Source: Pirellulales bacterium (GTDB lineage: Bacteria > Planctomycetota > Planctomycetia > Pirellulales > UBA1268). Taken from it: a stretch of DNA of 64,000 bases. The stretch covers positions 6,610-70,609 of the forward strand of contig JBIIQM010000002.1 in the NCBI GenBank assembly GCA_044342075.1, read 5' to 3'. Made by a program: the position numbers and the translations under genes. Below, piece by piece: positions 47,598 through 56,784 of the stretch. Under the pieces are notes generated by a model that saw nothing but the letters and a program-made list of their open reading frames with translations, ran no database searches and was not told the origin of the DNA. Positions within the stretch are counted from its first letter, which is position 1. Each line of letters begins with the position of its first letter.

Positions 47598-50096
47598 TCA
47601 CGGAGCCGGGAGCGGAACGATCAACGCCGGATTGTAGTTCGGCGGCGGCGGCGGTGGCGTGAGCGGCGAGGTCGTTCCGGTATTGACCGGATTGAAGATC
47701 GGGTTTGTCGTGACCGTCGCGTTTCTGTTCAATGCGACCAGGTTGTCTTGGCTGGCTGCCTTTATGCTGAGCGAATTCAGGCCCGCGGTGGTGTTGCTCG
47801 TGGTCAGATAGATGTCGGACCGGACCGTAGCCGGGCTCGTGATGCCACCGGCCGTGCCGGTGGCGACGGCCGTTGTCCCGCGGACGGCGATCGTGTTGCC
47901 GACGATATTCGCATTGATCACACCGGAATCACCGGCCGCGGTGCCCGAGCCGTTGATCGCCAGGTTGATGCCGTTCCCGCCAAACGGGGCGATGAGTTTG
48001 TTTTGGTTAATCGTGAGGTTGAGCTGTTCACCCGCATTCGGTGCGGAGCCTTGCACGCCGATTGCGGCGGTGATCGTTGAACCCACCACCTGAACCGTCG
48101 AGGTGCCGGTGGTTTGAGTGACTCCGGCAATCACCGGCGCACCCGACACCTCCACGCCGTACAACCCTACTCTCGTGATCGTCGACGACTGGACGATCGC
48201 ATTCGCGCCGGTCACGGTCACGCCTGCCCCCGTGGTGCCATCGATCGCGCTGTTCGCCAAGCGGACGCGGCCTTCGCCCGCAATCGCATTGGCGACGACG
48301 GCTGACCCAGATGTATTTTTGATCGTGGAGTTCGAGATGTTGACGAACGGATTGCCCACGATCGCCCCTGTCGAATCTTGGCCATCCACGACGAATCCAT
48401 CGGCGGTCAGGTTCGTCAGTGCCATGTTTGTGAAGTCGAACGTGCCACCGTTGCCCTGCTGATCTGCGATGACTACGCCCGTCTGGCTTGGGGCGGTGCC
48501 ATTGATCCGCACGTCATTGACCGTCGCCCGACCGCCTGCTGGCATGCCGCTGCCGTCGGAGATGCCTACCGTGGCTCCCGTAATCTGTAGGTGATCAACC
48601 GTTGCATTGGTGGCGGAGCCATTCGTGAGGTCGATAGCCGCGATCGCTGAGGGATTGGCAGAGTTCGTGATGACGGGATATCGCGGTGATCCGGCTGCCG
48701 TCCAAATCGGGACGAAGCCACAGTTGACCGTCGGCACCTGCAGCGACGTGCCTTCGCCAACCAGGTATTGGTTGTCGGCATTGAAGATGAACCCGCCCGC
48801 GTAAGGCGAGTTGAGACTGTTGCCCTGGTGCACGAAAACGATGTCGTAGGGCCGGTTGGCGGCGCTATTTGCGTTGCGGGCCGTAGCTGCCGGGCTGCCG
48901 TCTGTCGCCAGCCGCGTGAAAGGCGATTCGGCGGTGCCGTTGCCAGCCGGTGCGTCCGTGGCCGAGTTGTCCACGTGGATGACGCGCCAGGGAGTATTTG
49001 TAAACGGATTGATCGCTTGCTCCGGCGCCTGGTGGGCGCGCACGATGTGCTCGTTGCGCATCATCGGCTGCTCCATCTGGTCGGGCACGTTGCGGCGGCG
49101 GCTGCCGCCCATGCGGTAGGTGAGCCGCGCGAAGCCGGTCGAATCGAAGTAGCTGTCGTTGTTGTATTGCAGCGAGAAATCCCAGTTGCGGATGAGCGTG
49201 AGGTCGAGGCGGGTGTAGACACCGCCGAAGAAGGGCACCACATCCTGCCCGTTGGCGAGGTTGTAGCGGGCGTTGCCAAACGTATAGCCGCCCACGCTCA
49301 CCATGCCGGCCCAGTCGGCGAGGCCCGGGACATACGCACCGACTTCAAGATCGGCTCCGGCCAGCGCCGCGTTGATGCCTGGCGTGCAGAGCAGCGACTG
49401 GCCCACGAACGGGCCCATCGTCTGGGCCGTCGTGCCCACGGGGATGTAGCCATTGGATCGCAGGTTGCCGTAGTCGGTGAGGAACTCGCCCGACACGCCC
49501 ACCTGGTTGTAGCTCTGGCCGCCGGCGAAGATGTAGCTGCCGCTCGAGTCGGTGATCGTCGTGTCGGCATACTGGTTTTGGTCGCCGTCGTAATCCCAGT
49601 AGACGCCGATGCCACCGATCGCCCCGCCGAAGAACTGCTTCCGGACGAGGCCCACGTTCGAGAAGAAGCCGCCGTAATTCGAGAGGTGGCTGCGCAGATC
49701 GGCCGACCAGATGCCGCCCAGATCGTCTTCGGCATAAGGAATGAAGCCGCCGAGCGTCATGTAGCTGCCCTGGTAGCCGAGGCCGCGGTCGGCCGCGTTC
49801 AAGCCCCAGTACATCCAGCCGGGGCCATTTGCCTCGAGTTCGCGAAACCGAGCGATGCCGCTATTCACGAGACCGCCCACGGGCGCCATCGCGCCCTGGC
49901 CCGAGGCCCCGCCGATCATGCCGCTGCCCACCTGGGCATGGCTCACCATGGGGCCGTCCGCGACAAACGCCGCGACGAGCATCATTGTGAGGACCTTGCG
50001 GGTGCCGCGTTTGAAGGCCGCGGCCCGGCGTTTGATCGCCCGCAGCCTGGCAATGGCTCGTTTCCTACCTGTGCGGGTGGCGGCTGTTTTGCTCAT
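47598..50096 (-). CDS. inverse-autotransporter-like outer membrane protein with parallel beta-helix passenger
   Basis: ATG at 50096. Signal region VLTMMLVAAFVADGPMVSHA. The N-terminal part carries intimin/invasin beta-domain-like blocks (NVGLVRKQF, GIGVYWDYDGD, VGVSGEFLTDYGNLRSNGYIPVG, ADLEVGAYVPGL, MMRNEHIVRAH). About 400 aa of G/T/N/A-rich beta-helix-type repeats follow, then a Pro-rich tail. Confidence 0.6.
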   Translation of the reverse strand: MSKTAATRTGRKRAIARLRAIKRRAAAFKRGTRKVLTMMLVAAFVADGPMVSHAQVGSGMIGGASGQGAMAPVGGLVNSGIARFRELEANGPGWMYWGLNAADRGLGYQGSYMTLGGFIPYAEDDLGGIWSADLRSHLSNYGGFFSNVGLVRKQFFGGAIGGIGVYWDYDGDQNQYADTTITDSSGSYIFAGGQSYNQVGVSGEFLTDYGNLRSNGYIPVGTTAQTMGPFVGQSLLCTPGINAALAGADLEVGAYVPGLADWAGMVSVGGYTFGNARYNLANGQDVVPFFGGVYTRLDLTLIRNWDFSLQYNNDSYFDSTGFARLTYRMGGSRRRNVPDQMEQPMMRNEHIVRAHQAPEQAINPFTNTPWRVIHVDNSATDAPAGNGTAESPFTRLATDGSPAATARNANSAANRPYDIVFVHQGNSLNSPYAGGFIFNADNQYLVGEGTSLQVPTVNCGFVPIWTAAGSPRYPVITNSANPSAIAAIDLTNGSATNATVDHLQITGATVGISDGSGMPAGGRATVNDVRINGTAPSQTGVVIADQQGNGGTFDFTNMALTNLTADGFVVDGQDSTGAIVGNPFVNISNSTIKNTSGSAVVANAIAGEGRVRLANSAIDGTTGAGVTVTGANAIVQSSTITRVGLYGVEVSGAPVIAGVTQTTGTSTVQVVGSTITAAIGVQGSAPNAGEQLNLTINQNKLIAPFGGNGINLAINGSGTAAGDSGVINANIVGNTIAVRGTTAVATGTAGGITSPATVRSDIYLTTSNTTAGLNSLSIKAASQDNLVALNRNATVTTNPIFNPVNTGTTSPLTPPPPPPNYNPALIVPLPAP

Positions 50097-50248
50097 CGGA
50101 GTCGGATCCCTGGCGGTCGCCGGTTGGTCGAACGGGGCGATCCCCACGCGGAAAAACCGGCATGATCGTCAGGAGTGATCGACCCACCGCGACCGGATCC
50201 ATGAGAATTTCCGGCAGAGAGGCCGAGGGTTGCCCAGGTTAACAGGGA

Positions 50249-50357
50249 GTAGGACGGGCTTTAGCCTGTCGGAACATGGCAGGCTGGAAGCCTGCCCCAC
50301 CGGAGACAGGCTGAAGCCTGTCCTACTTGGGGAGACAGGCACGGAGGCCTGTCCTAC
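50249..50357. repeat. REP cluster (4 units)
   Basis: 50249-50270 GTAGGACGGGCTTTAGCCTGTC. 50278-50300 GGCAGGCTGGAAGCCTGCCCCAC (GTGG head on the other strand). 50305-50326 is canonical. 50334-50357 GACAGGCACGGAGGCCTGTCCTAC. Confidence 0.85.
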
Positions 50358-51958
50358 GAGACGCGGAAGCGGCTGATGGTGTCGGTGAGGCCGTCCACCG
50401 AGTGGCCCATGTGCTGTGAGGCGGCCTTGAATTCCTTCAGGGCCTCGGCGGCCGCGTGGGAGCCTTCTTTGAGCGTCATGAGGGCCTCGGTGATCTGGGC
50501 GGCTCCGGCAGCCTGGGCCTTCATCCCCTGATTCACGTGCTCGAACCGGCCCGTCAGGCCGTGCACCTTGTCGATCACGTCGGCGAATTGCGCACTGATC
50601 CCATTTACTCGCTCCACGCCCGTCTTCACCTCCGCCGCAAACCGGTCCATCTCCATCACGCCCGCATTCACCGCCTGCTGCATCTGCTCGACGAGCCGCT
50701 CGATGTCGAGCGTGGCCACGGCCGTCTGATCGGCGAGCCGGCGGATCTCCCGGGCCACCACGATGAAACCCTGCCCATATTCCCCCGCCTTCTCCGCCTC
50801 GATCGCGGCGTTGATCGAAAGCAGGTTCGTCTGGTCGGCCACCTTCGTGATCGTGGTGATCACCATGTTGATGTCTTCCGCCCGCTGCCGGATCGCCGCC
50901 AGCCGCTCCGAGAAATCGGTCGTCGTCTTTTCGAGATGGGCCATCGTCTCGCCGATCCCCACGAGATTCTCCCGGCCTGCGTCGGCCACGGTTGCCGTGT
51001 CGGCCGCCACGCCCGCCACCTCGTCCATCGTGCCGAGCAGTTCCTGGCCTGTCACGGCGATCTGACGGCTGGCCACCGCCGCCTCGCTCGTGCTCGCGCC
51101 GAGCGAACTGATCGCGTGCTCCTGCTGGCGGCCCGCGGCCGAGAGTTGCTTGGCCGTGGCATTCAGATCGAGGCTCGATTGCTTCACCTGCGAGACAATG
51201 GCCCGCAGGCTCGCCGTCATGCCGCCGATGTCGCGGAGCAACTGGCCCGTCTCGTCGCTGCCACGCATATCGATCGCGCCGGTGAGGTCGCCGGCGGCCA
51301 CGCGGCGCGAGGCGTCGACAGCCTTCGCGATCCGGCCGGTGAGCGTCGTTGTGAGCCACGCGAGCAGCGCCAGCACGCCCGCCATCCCGGTGGCGGCCAC
51401 GGCTCCACTCATGAGGAGCGGCCGGCGGACACGGCTCAAGACATCGTCGAGCTGCGCCTGCAAGACGACCGTCCACGAGCGGGCAGGCAGTTTCGCCGCG
51501 GCGTAGAGCAGGGGGGCGCCCGTCACCGGGTCGGCGGCCTGCACGATCCGGGCGGTCGTCACGGCCCGATTGAATTCATCGAGGACCTTTGCATAGGGCG
51601 TGTCGGCGATCAGTTTGCCGCTGAGGTCGGCCGTGGCCACCGTCGCAGCGATCAGCCGCCCTTCGCGGTCAATCACGAAGAGCTCCGGATGCCAGCCGGC
51701 CCGCTGCTGCTCGCGCTTGTCGGCCTGGAGCCGCGCCGCCACGGCGTCGGCCGCAGCCTGATCCGCCGCGGGGCCTTGGCAATCGAATTCGCCGGCGATC
51801 CGCCGCACCCGCTCCACGAGCACCTCCTCGCTAAAGGAGAGCAGCATCGACTGCATCCGGCTGTAGTTGAGCCAGAGCACCGTCGCAAAGATGAGGAGCG
51901 CCGGCAGGATGCCGAGCAGGAGCATCCGCAGCCGGATGCCGATGGCGGGGAACTGCAT
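50354..51958 (-). CDS. methyl-accepting chemotaxis protein
   Basis: 534 aa. Two TM helices flanking a periplasmic domain, a HAMP-like segment, and the signalling-domain core [39 protein letters not shown]. Confidence 0.85.
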   Translation of the reverse strand: MQFPAIGIRLRMLLLGILPALLIFATVLWLNYSRMQSMLLSFSEEVLVERVRRIAGEFDCQGPAADQAAADAVAARLQADKREQQRAGWHPELFVIDREGRLIAATVATADLSGKLIADTPYAKVLDEFNRAVTTARIVQAADPVTGAPLLYAAAKLPARSWTVVLQAQLDDVLSRVRRPLLMSGAVAATGMAGVLALLAWLTTTLTGRIAKAVDASRRVAAGDLTGAIDMRGSDETGQLLRDIGGMTASLRAIVSQVKQSSLDLNATAKQLSAAGRQQEHAISSLGASTSEAAVASRQIAVTGQELLGTMDEVAGVAADTATVADAGRENLVGIGETMAHLEKTTTDFSERLAAIRQRAEDINMVITTITKVADQTNLLSINAAIEAEKAGEYGQGFIVVAREIRRLADQTAVATLDIERLVEQMQQAVNAGVMEMDRFAAEVKTGVERVNGISAQFADVIDKVHGLTGRFEHVNQGMKAQAAGAAQITEALMTLKEGSHAAAEALKEFKAASQHMGHSVDGLTDTISRFRVS

Positions 51959-52077
51959 GGTGGTGGGTCCGGGGAAAGGCCTGTTTTCCGAGGCAACCAT
52001 AGGTTACTTTCCGGGCCGGCCGCTTGCGGCTCGCCTGGGCCCCTCTTTCCCGAAAAACCCGCACAACCCGCCCCGCC

Positions 52078-52689
52078 ATGCCCCATCCCGCCGCTTGGCA
52101 GCTTCAAGACCACGACGCCCTGCTCTTCGACTGCGACGGCACGCTCGCCGACACCATGCCCGCCCACTACCGGGCCTGGCTCCATGTGACGGAGGCCCAC
52201 GGCATCGCCTTCGACGAAGACCGCTTCTATTCGATGGGGGGCCGGCCCACCCGCGACATCGTCGCGACGCTCGCCCGCGAGCGGGGCATCGAGATCGACG
52301 TCGATCACGCCGTCCATATGAAAGAGACCTCGTTCCTCGCCCAGCTCGACCGGATCGAGGCGATCGATCCGGTGGTGGACGTGGTGCTGCGGTCGCGCGG
52401 CCGCGTGCCGATGGCAGTGGTGACCGGGGGCTACCGGAATGTCTGCCTGCAGATTCTCGAGCGGGTGGGGATCGCCGACTGCTTCGACACGATCGTGGCC
52501 AGCGAAGACACGAGCAAACACAAGCCCGACCCCGATCCATTTCTCGAGGCCGCCCGCAGGCTGGGCGCCCGGCCGGAGCGGTGCGTGGTTTGGGAAGACA
52601 GCGACCTCGGCATTGCGGCCGCCCGCGCAGGCGGCATGGAGTGGATCGATGTGCGGTCGTTTCATAGGCCGAAGCGGGTGACGGGATGA
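52078..52689 (+). CDS. HAD-superfamily hydrolase (beta-phosphoglucomutase-like subfamily IA)
   Basis: 203 aa: LLFDCDGTLADT (motif I), AVVTGG (motif II), KHKPDPDPFL, WEDSDLGIAAARAAGM-like motif III/IV. Confidence 0.8.
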   Translation: MPHPAAWQLQDHDALLFDCDGTLADTMPAHYRAWLHVTEAHGIAFDEDRFYSMGGRPTRDIVATLARERGIEIDVDHAVHMKETSFLAQLDRIEAIDPVVDVVLRSRGRVPMAVVTGGYRNVCLQILERVGIADCFDTIVASEDTSKHKPDPDPFLEAARRLGARPERCVVWEDSDLGIAAARAGGMEWIDVRSFHRPKRVTG

Positions 52690-52692
52690 CGT

Positions 52693-52740
52693 GACAGGCT
52701 GAAGCCTGTTTGACTTTTGACAGGCTGAAGCCTGTCCTAC
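52693..52740. repeat. REP cluster (2 direct units)
   Basis: 52693-52714 GACAGGCTGAAGCCTGTTTGAC (degenerate head), TTTT, then a canonical unit at 52719-52740. It ends 2 nt before the ilvA-like start. Confidence 0.85.
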
Positions 52741-52742
52741 TT

Positions 52743-53960
52743 ATGCACACATTTGCGATCACAGACATTCGTGCGGCGCATGAGCGGATCCGCTCCGGGA
52801 TCTACCGGTCACCGTGCCCGAAGAGCATCGCGCTTTCCGACCTCACGGGCTCGGAGATCTTCTGCAAGCTCGACCTTTTGCAGCGGACCGGCTCGTTCAA
52901 GGAACGCGGTGCCCGCAACGCGCTTCTCCTCCTCGACGACGCGCAGAAAGCCCGTGGTGTGGTGGCTGCCTCCGCGGGCAATCACGCGCTTGGCCTGGCC
53001 TACCACGGCCGGCTGCTTGGCATCCCGGTGACCGTCGTGATGCCGCGGTTTGCGCCGCTGGTGAAGGTGGCGACCTGCCGACGGCTGGGCGCGACGGTGA
53101 TCCTCGAAGGGGAAACATTCGACGACGCTCGCCGGCTGGCCGTGGAGATCGCCGCCCGCGACCAGCTCAACCGCATCCACGGCTTTGACGACCTGCGGGT
53201 GATCGCGGGGCAGGGGACGATGGGCCTCGAGATCCTCGAAGATGTGCCCGATGCCGACGCGATCATCGTGCCCTGCGGCGGGGCCGGCCTGCTCGCCGGT
53301 GTGGCCACGGCCGCCAAGGCGTTGCGGCCCGATATCAAGATCATCGCCGTCGAGCCGGCGGCCGCCGCGAGCTTTTCGGCATCGCTCGCCGCGGGCAAGC
53401 CCGTGCAGGTGGCGATCCGCCCCACGCTCGCCGACGGCCTCGCCGTCGGGAAGGTGGGCGAGACGTCGTTTCCGATCGCGGCGCCGCTCGTCGATCGCGT
53501 GGTCACCGTCGGCGAGGACAGCCTGTCGCTCGCCGTGCTGCGGCTCTTGGAGCTTGAGAAGACGGTGGTCGAGGGAGCGGGCGCGGCGTCGCTTGCAGGC
53601 GTGATGCAGCTCGTCGCCGAGGGCTGCGACGACCTCCGTGGCCGGAAGGTGGTGCTCCTGCTCTGCGGCGGCAACATCGATCTCTCGATTCTCGACCGCG
53701 TGATCGACCACGGGCTCGCCGCCGACGGCCGCCGCTGGCGATTCACCACGCAGGTGAGCGACCGCCCCGGCGGCATCGCAAAACTCACGGCCGCGATCGC
53801 GGCGGCGGGCGCGAGCGTGCAGGAGATCGTGCACGACCGGGCTTTTTCCGGCCCGGACGTCTTTTCGACGAGCGTGCAGGTGACCGTCGAGACGGCCGAC
53901 CGCGACCATGTGGGGGCCCTTGCCCGTCGGCTCGAGGCCGATGGTTTTACCGTCAAGTAG
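52743..53960 (+). CDS. ilvA: threonine ammonia-lyase (threonine dehydratase), short form with one regulatory domain
   Basis: 405 aa: LQRTGSFKERGA (PLP lysine), ASAGNHALGLAY, PCGGAGLLAG, and a C-terminal ACT-like domain. Confidence 0.85.
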   Translation: MHTFAITDIRAAHERIRSGIYRSPCPKSIALSDLTGSEIFCKLDLLQRTGSFKERGARNALLLLDDAQKARGVVAASAGNHALGLAYHGRLLGIPVTVVMPRFAPLVKVATCRRLGATVILEGETFDDARRLAVEIAARDQLNRIHGFDDLRVIAGQGTMGLEILEDVPDADAIIVPCGGAGLLAGVATAAKALRPDIKIIAVEPAAAASFSASLAAGKPVQVAIRPTLADGLAVGKVGETSFPIAAPLVDRVVTVGEDSLSLAVLRLLELEKTVVEGAGAASLAGVMQLVAEGCDDLRGRKVVLLLCGGNIDLSILDRVIDHGLAADGRRWRFTTQVSDRPGGIAKLTAAIAAAGASVQEIVHDRAFSGPDVFSTSVQVTVETADRDHVGALARRLEADGFTVK

Positions 53961-54130
53961 GGTAGGCTTCAGCCTGCCACTCTTAGACCGCTTCCAAAGT
54001 AGACCGCTTCGTCCCGAAGCGGATCTGGTTCCGCTTGAGGATCAAGCGGACTACTCTGGCAGGCTGAAGTCTGTCCTACTTTGACAGGCTGAAGCCTGTC
54101 CTACGCCAGACAGGCTGAAGCCTGTCCTAC
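53957..54130. repeat. composite REP cluster (two GTAG-headed families)
   Basis: Variant unit at 53957-53978. Family-2 hairpins GTAGACCGCTTCG-TCC-CGAAGCGGATCT (53999-54026) and the inverted GTAGTCCGCTTGA-TCC-TCAAGCGGAAC (54029-54054, other strand). A degenerate unit at 54058-54079 and canonical units at 54083-54104 and 54109-54130. Confidence 0.85.
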
Positions 54131-54249
54131 TTTGCGGGCTGGGCAAGCTGCGCGGGCGGAGGGATTTCCGCTGTTTTTCTGCGTTAGTGGCTGCCGATAC
54201 CTCTCCGATGGTGCGTTCGGCCGGGACGCTCCAGCAGGAGACTTCTTTC

Positions 54250-54408
54250 ATGGTCACTCACTCGAGCAGCCTGTTGGTCGAGCCGGCCCGCCAGATCCCA
54301 TCCTCATCCGGGCCGAACCAGGAACGCGAGCAATTGCGCCGCGAACTCCTGCGTCGGATCATCGACAGGGAGACGAGGCGGCAAGCCCTTCGCGGCTCGC
54401 CGCAATGA
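54250..54408 (+). CDS. possible 52-aa protein, hypothetical
   Basis: ATG preceded by CAGGAGA-N8, the same spacing as the protease gene 30 nt downstream. Arg/Glu-rich helix QLRRELLRRIIDRETRRQAL. No family recognised. Confidence 0.3.
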   Translation: MVTHSSSLLVEPARQIPSSSGPNQEREQLRRELLRRIIDRETRRQALRGSPQ

Positions 54409-54438
54409 CTCCCGGAGCCACATCAGGAGATCACTCGT

Positions 54439-55521
54439 ATGCGAAACACATGCGGCACGATCATCCTGGCGGCCTCCCTCGCGATCGTCGGCGTGGCCCT
54501 CCGGCCCGCGGCTGCCCAGCAGCCGTTCTGGGGCTGGTCCACACAGCCGGCCGCGAGCACGAAATGGTCGCCTGAGCTCTTTGCCGACTACATCGGCACG
54601 GGGCAGACGCCGCACCCCGCGGTCGCGCGGATCGTCGCCCCCGAAAACTCGGGCACCTCGCTCGGCTCGGGTGTGCTCGTCGACGTGAATCGCAACCAGG
54701 GGCTCGTGCTCACCAACTGGCACGTGATCCGTGACAGCCGCTCCGCCGTGCTCGTGCAATTCCCCGATGGCTTTCAGTCGGCCGGTACCGTCGTCCGCTG
54801 GGACGAGCCGTGGGACCTGGCGGCGATCGTCATCTGGAAGCCGAACGCCACGCCCATCACGCTCGCCGACAAGCAGCCCGAACTCGGCGAGCCGCTCACG
54901 ATCGCCGGCTACGGCCGCGGGCCATTCCGCGCGGAGACGGGGCCTTGCACGCAATACCTCGCGCCGGGCTCCGGCTATCCGCTGGAATTCGTCGAGCTCT
55001 CGGCGACCGCCCGGCAGGGCGATTCCGGCGGGCCGATCCTCAACGCGCAGGGGCAGCTCGCCGGCGTGCTCTTCGGGCAGAACGACGGCCGCACGATCGG
55101 CAGCTGCTCCACGCGGCTGCGGACCTTTCTCGCGGGCGTGGGCTCCCGCGGCTTTCAGGGCATGCCGATCGCCGAATTCTCGCGCGAGCCGGCGCTGGCC
55201 CGCAGCCTCGGCACGCCGGCTGGGCAGGATCGCACCCGGCTGGCGTCGGTCACCGATGCCGAGGTGCCCGACGTCGTCCAGCGGTCGACCCACGTGGCCG
55301 CGCCGCTCTCGATGCCACCATCGCCGCCGTTTGGCCAGCAGTCCGGCTATCCACAAGAGTGGGAGGGCCCGGACAGCGAGCCGGCACTAGCCGACCTGCT
55401 CGACCCGCGGAGCAACCGCGATGCGATGCTTTCGGCCGGTGGCGGGCTCGCCATGGCGATCCTCGGGCTGCGGACGATTTTCGGCGGCCGCCGGCGGGAG
55501 TTGGGCGACGCAGCCGGCTGA
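54439..55521 (+). CDS. trypsin-like serine protease (S1C-like) with C-terminal membrane anchor
   Basis: 360 aa. Signal peptide, then GSGVLVD...VLTNWHV (His), WDLAAI (Asp) and RQGDSGGPIL (Ser). C-terminal GGGLAMAILGLRTIFGG. Confidence 0.7.
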   Translation: MRNTCGTIILAASLAIVGVALRPAAAQQPFWGWSTQPAASTKWSPELFADYIGTGQTPHPAVARIVAPENSGTSLGSGVLVDVNRNQGLVLTNWHVIRDSRSAVLVQFPDGFQSAGTVVRWDEPWDLAAIVIWKPNATPITLADKQPELGEPLTIAGYGRGPFRAETGPCTQYLAPGSGYPLEFVELSATARQGDSGGPILNAQGQLAGVLFGQNDGRTIGSCSTRLRTFLAGVGSRGFQGMPIAEFSREPALARSLGTPAGQDRTRLASVTDAEVPDVVQRSTHVAAPLSMPPSPPFGQQSGYPQEWEGPDSEPALADLLDPRSNRDAMLSAGGGLAMAILGLRTIFGGRRRELGDAAG

Positions 55522-55536
55522 TGTAAAACGCATGGC

Positions 55537-56784
55537 ATGACGCCGCAGCACTTCAGGATCGCCGCGCTCCTCCTGCTCGCCTGCTCGGCCACGGCCGCGG
55601 CGGAACAGATTCCCGAATGGCCCGGCTACCGTGGCCCGACCGGCGACGGCCATGCGGTCGCCGCGAACCTTCCGCTCGATCTCAACGCCCCAACGAACCT
55701 CGCCTGGAAGACGCCGATCCCGGGCGTCGGCTGGAGCACGCCCGTCGTCCTCGGCGAGCAGATCTGGATGACCACGGCCACGCCCGACGGCACGTCGCTT
55801 CGCGCCGTCTGCGTAAACCGCCGCTCAGGCGCGATCGAGCGCGACATCGAGGTCTTCCGCGTCGAGAAGCCGATAGAGATTCACAAGAAAAATTCCCACG
55901 CCTCGCCCACGCCGGTGATCGAAGCCGGCCGGCTCTACGTCCACTACGGCACCAACGGCACGGCGGCGATCGACACGTCGTCGGGCGGCGTCCTCTGGCG
56001 CGACACCACCCATCCGCTCGAGCACTACGTGGGACCCGGCAGCTCGCCCGTGCTCTACGGCGACCTGCTCATCCTCACCTGCGACGGCGCCGACGTGCAA
56101 TTCTCGGTGGCGCTCGACAAGCGCACGGGCAAGGAAGTCTGGAAGGCCGCGCGATCAGGGAAGCTCCGTGACGATCCGGACGTGCGCAAGAGTTTTTCGA
56201 CGCCCGCGATCCTCCGCGTGGGCGATCGTGACGAGCTTGTGACTCCCGCCGCGGATCACGTCTACGCCTACGATCCGGCCACCGGCCGCGAACTCTGGCA
56301 GCTCGACTACGAGGGCTTTTCGGTGGTGCCCAGGCCCGTCGCGGCCCACGGCCTCGTCTTTGTGTGCACGGGCTTCAACACGCCGCGGCTCCTCGCGATT
56401 CGGCAAGGAGGAGAGGGGCGGCTCGCCGCCGACGCGGTGGCCTGGGAGGAACGCAGCCAGATTCCGGCCAATCCCTCGCCGCTCATCGTGGGCGATGCGA
56501 TCTACGTGGTGAGCGACCGCGGCGTCGCCACCTGCCTCGACGCCCGCACCGGGAAGGAACGCTGGCGGCATCGCGTCGGCGGCAACTATTCCGCGTCGCC
56601 GCTCTATGCCGACGGCAAGATCTTCCTCGCGAGCGAGGAGGGAGTGATCACGGTCATCGAGCCGGCGGCCGCCTACCGCGAGGTGGCCAAGAGCGACCTC
56701 GCGGCGCGGATCATGGCATCGCCAATCGCGATCGGCGACGAGCTCATCATCCGCACCGCCGACGACCTGCGACTCTACAAGTAG
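55537..56784 (+). CDS. PQQ-like beta-propeller repeat protein
   Basis: 415 aa. Signal peptide, WPGYRGPTGDG, and repeated ...G..LW+ / ...TG+E.W+ blades (SSGGVLWRD, RTGKEVWKA, ATGRELWQL, RTGKERWRH). Confidence 0.75.
   Translation: MTPQHFRIAALLLLACSATAAAEQIPEWPGYRGPTGDGHAVAANLPLDLNAPTNLAWKTPIPGVGWSTPVVLGEQIWMTTATPDGTSLRAVCVNRRSGAIERDIEVFRVEKPIEIHKKNSHASPTPVIEAGRLYVHYGTNGTAAIDTSSGGVLWRDTTHPLEHYVGPGSSPVLYGDLLILTCDGADVQFSVALDKRTGKEVWKAARSGKLRDDPDVRKSFSTPAILRVGDRDELVTPAADHVYAYDPATGRELWQLDYEGFSVVPRPVAAHGLVFVCTGFNTPRLLAIRQGGEGRLAADAVAWEERSQIPANPSPLIVGDAIYVVSDRGVATCLDARTGKERWRHRVGGNYSASPLYADGKIFLASEEGVITVIEPAAAYREVAKSDLAARIMASPIAIGDELIIRTADDLRLYK

Noticed and set aside
52710-52742. ORF extensions and small ORFs encoding DRLKPVLL or GRLKPTL (for example the start of 52710..53960, 43278..44258, 45834..46574 and 54051..54257)
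   Set aside because: These peptides are simply the translation of the REP unit GACAGGCTGAAGCCTGTCCTAC. The real ilvA-like start is the ATG at 52743, just after the repeat.
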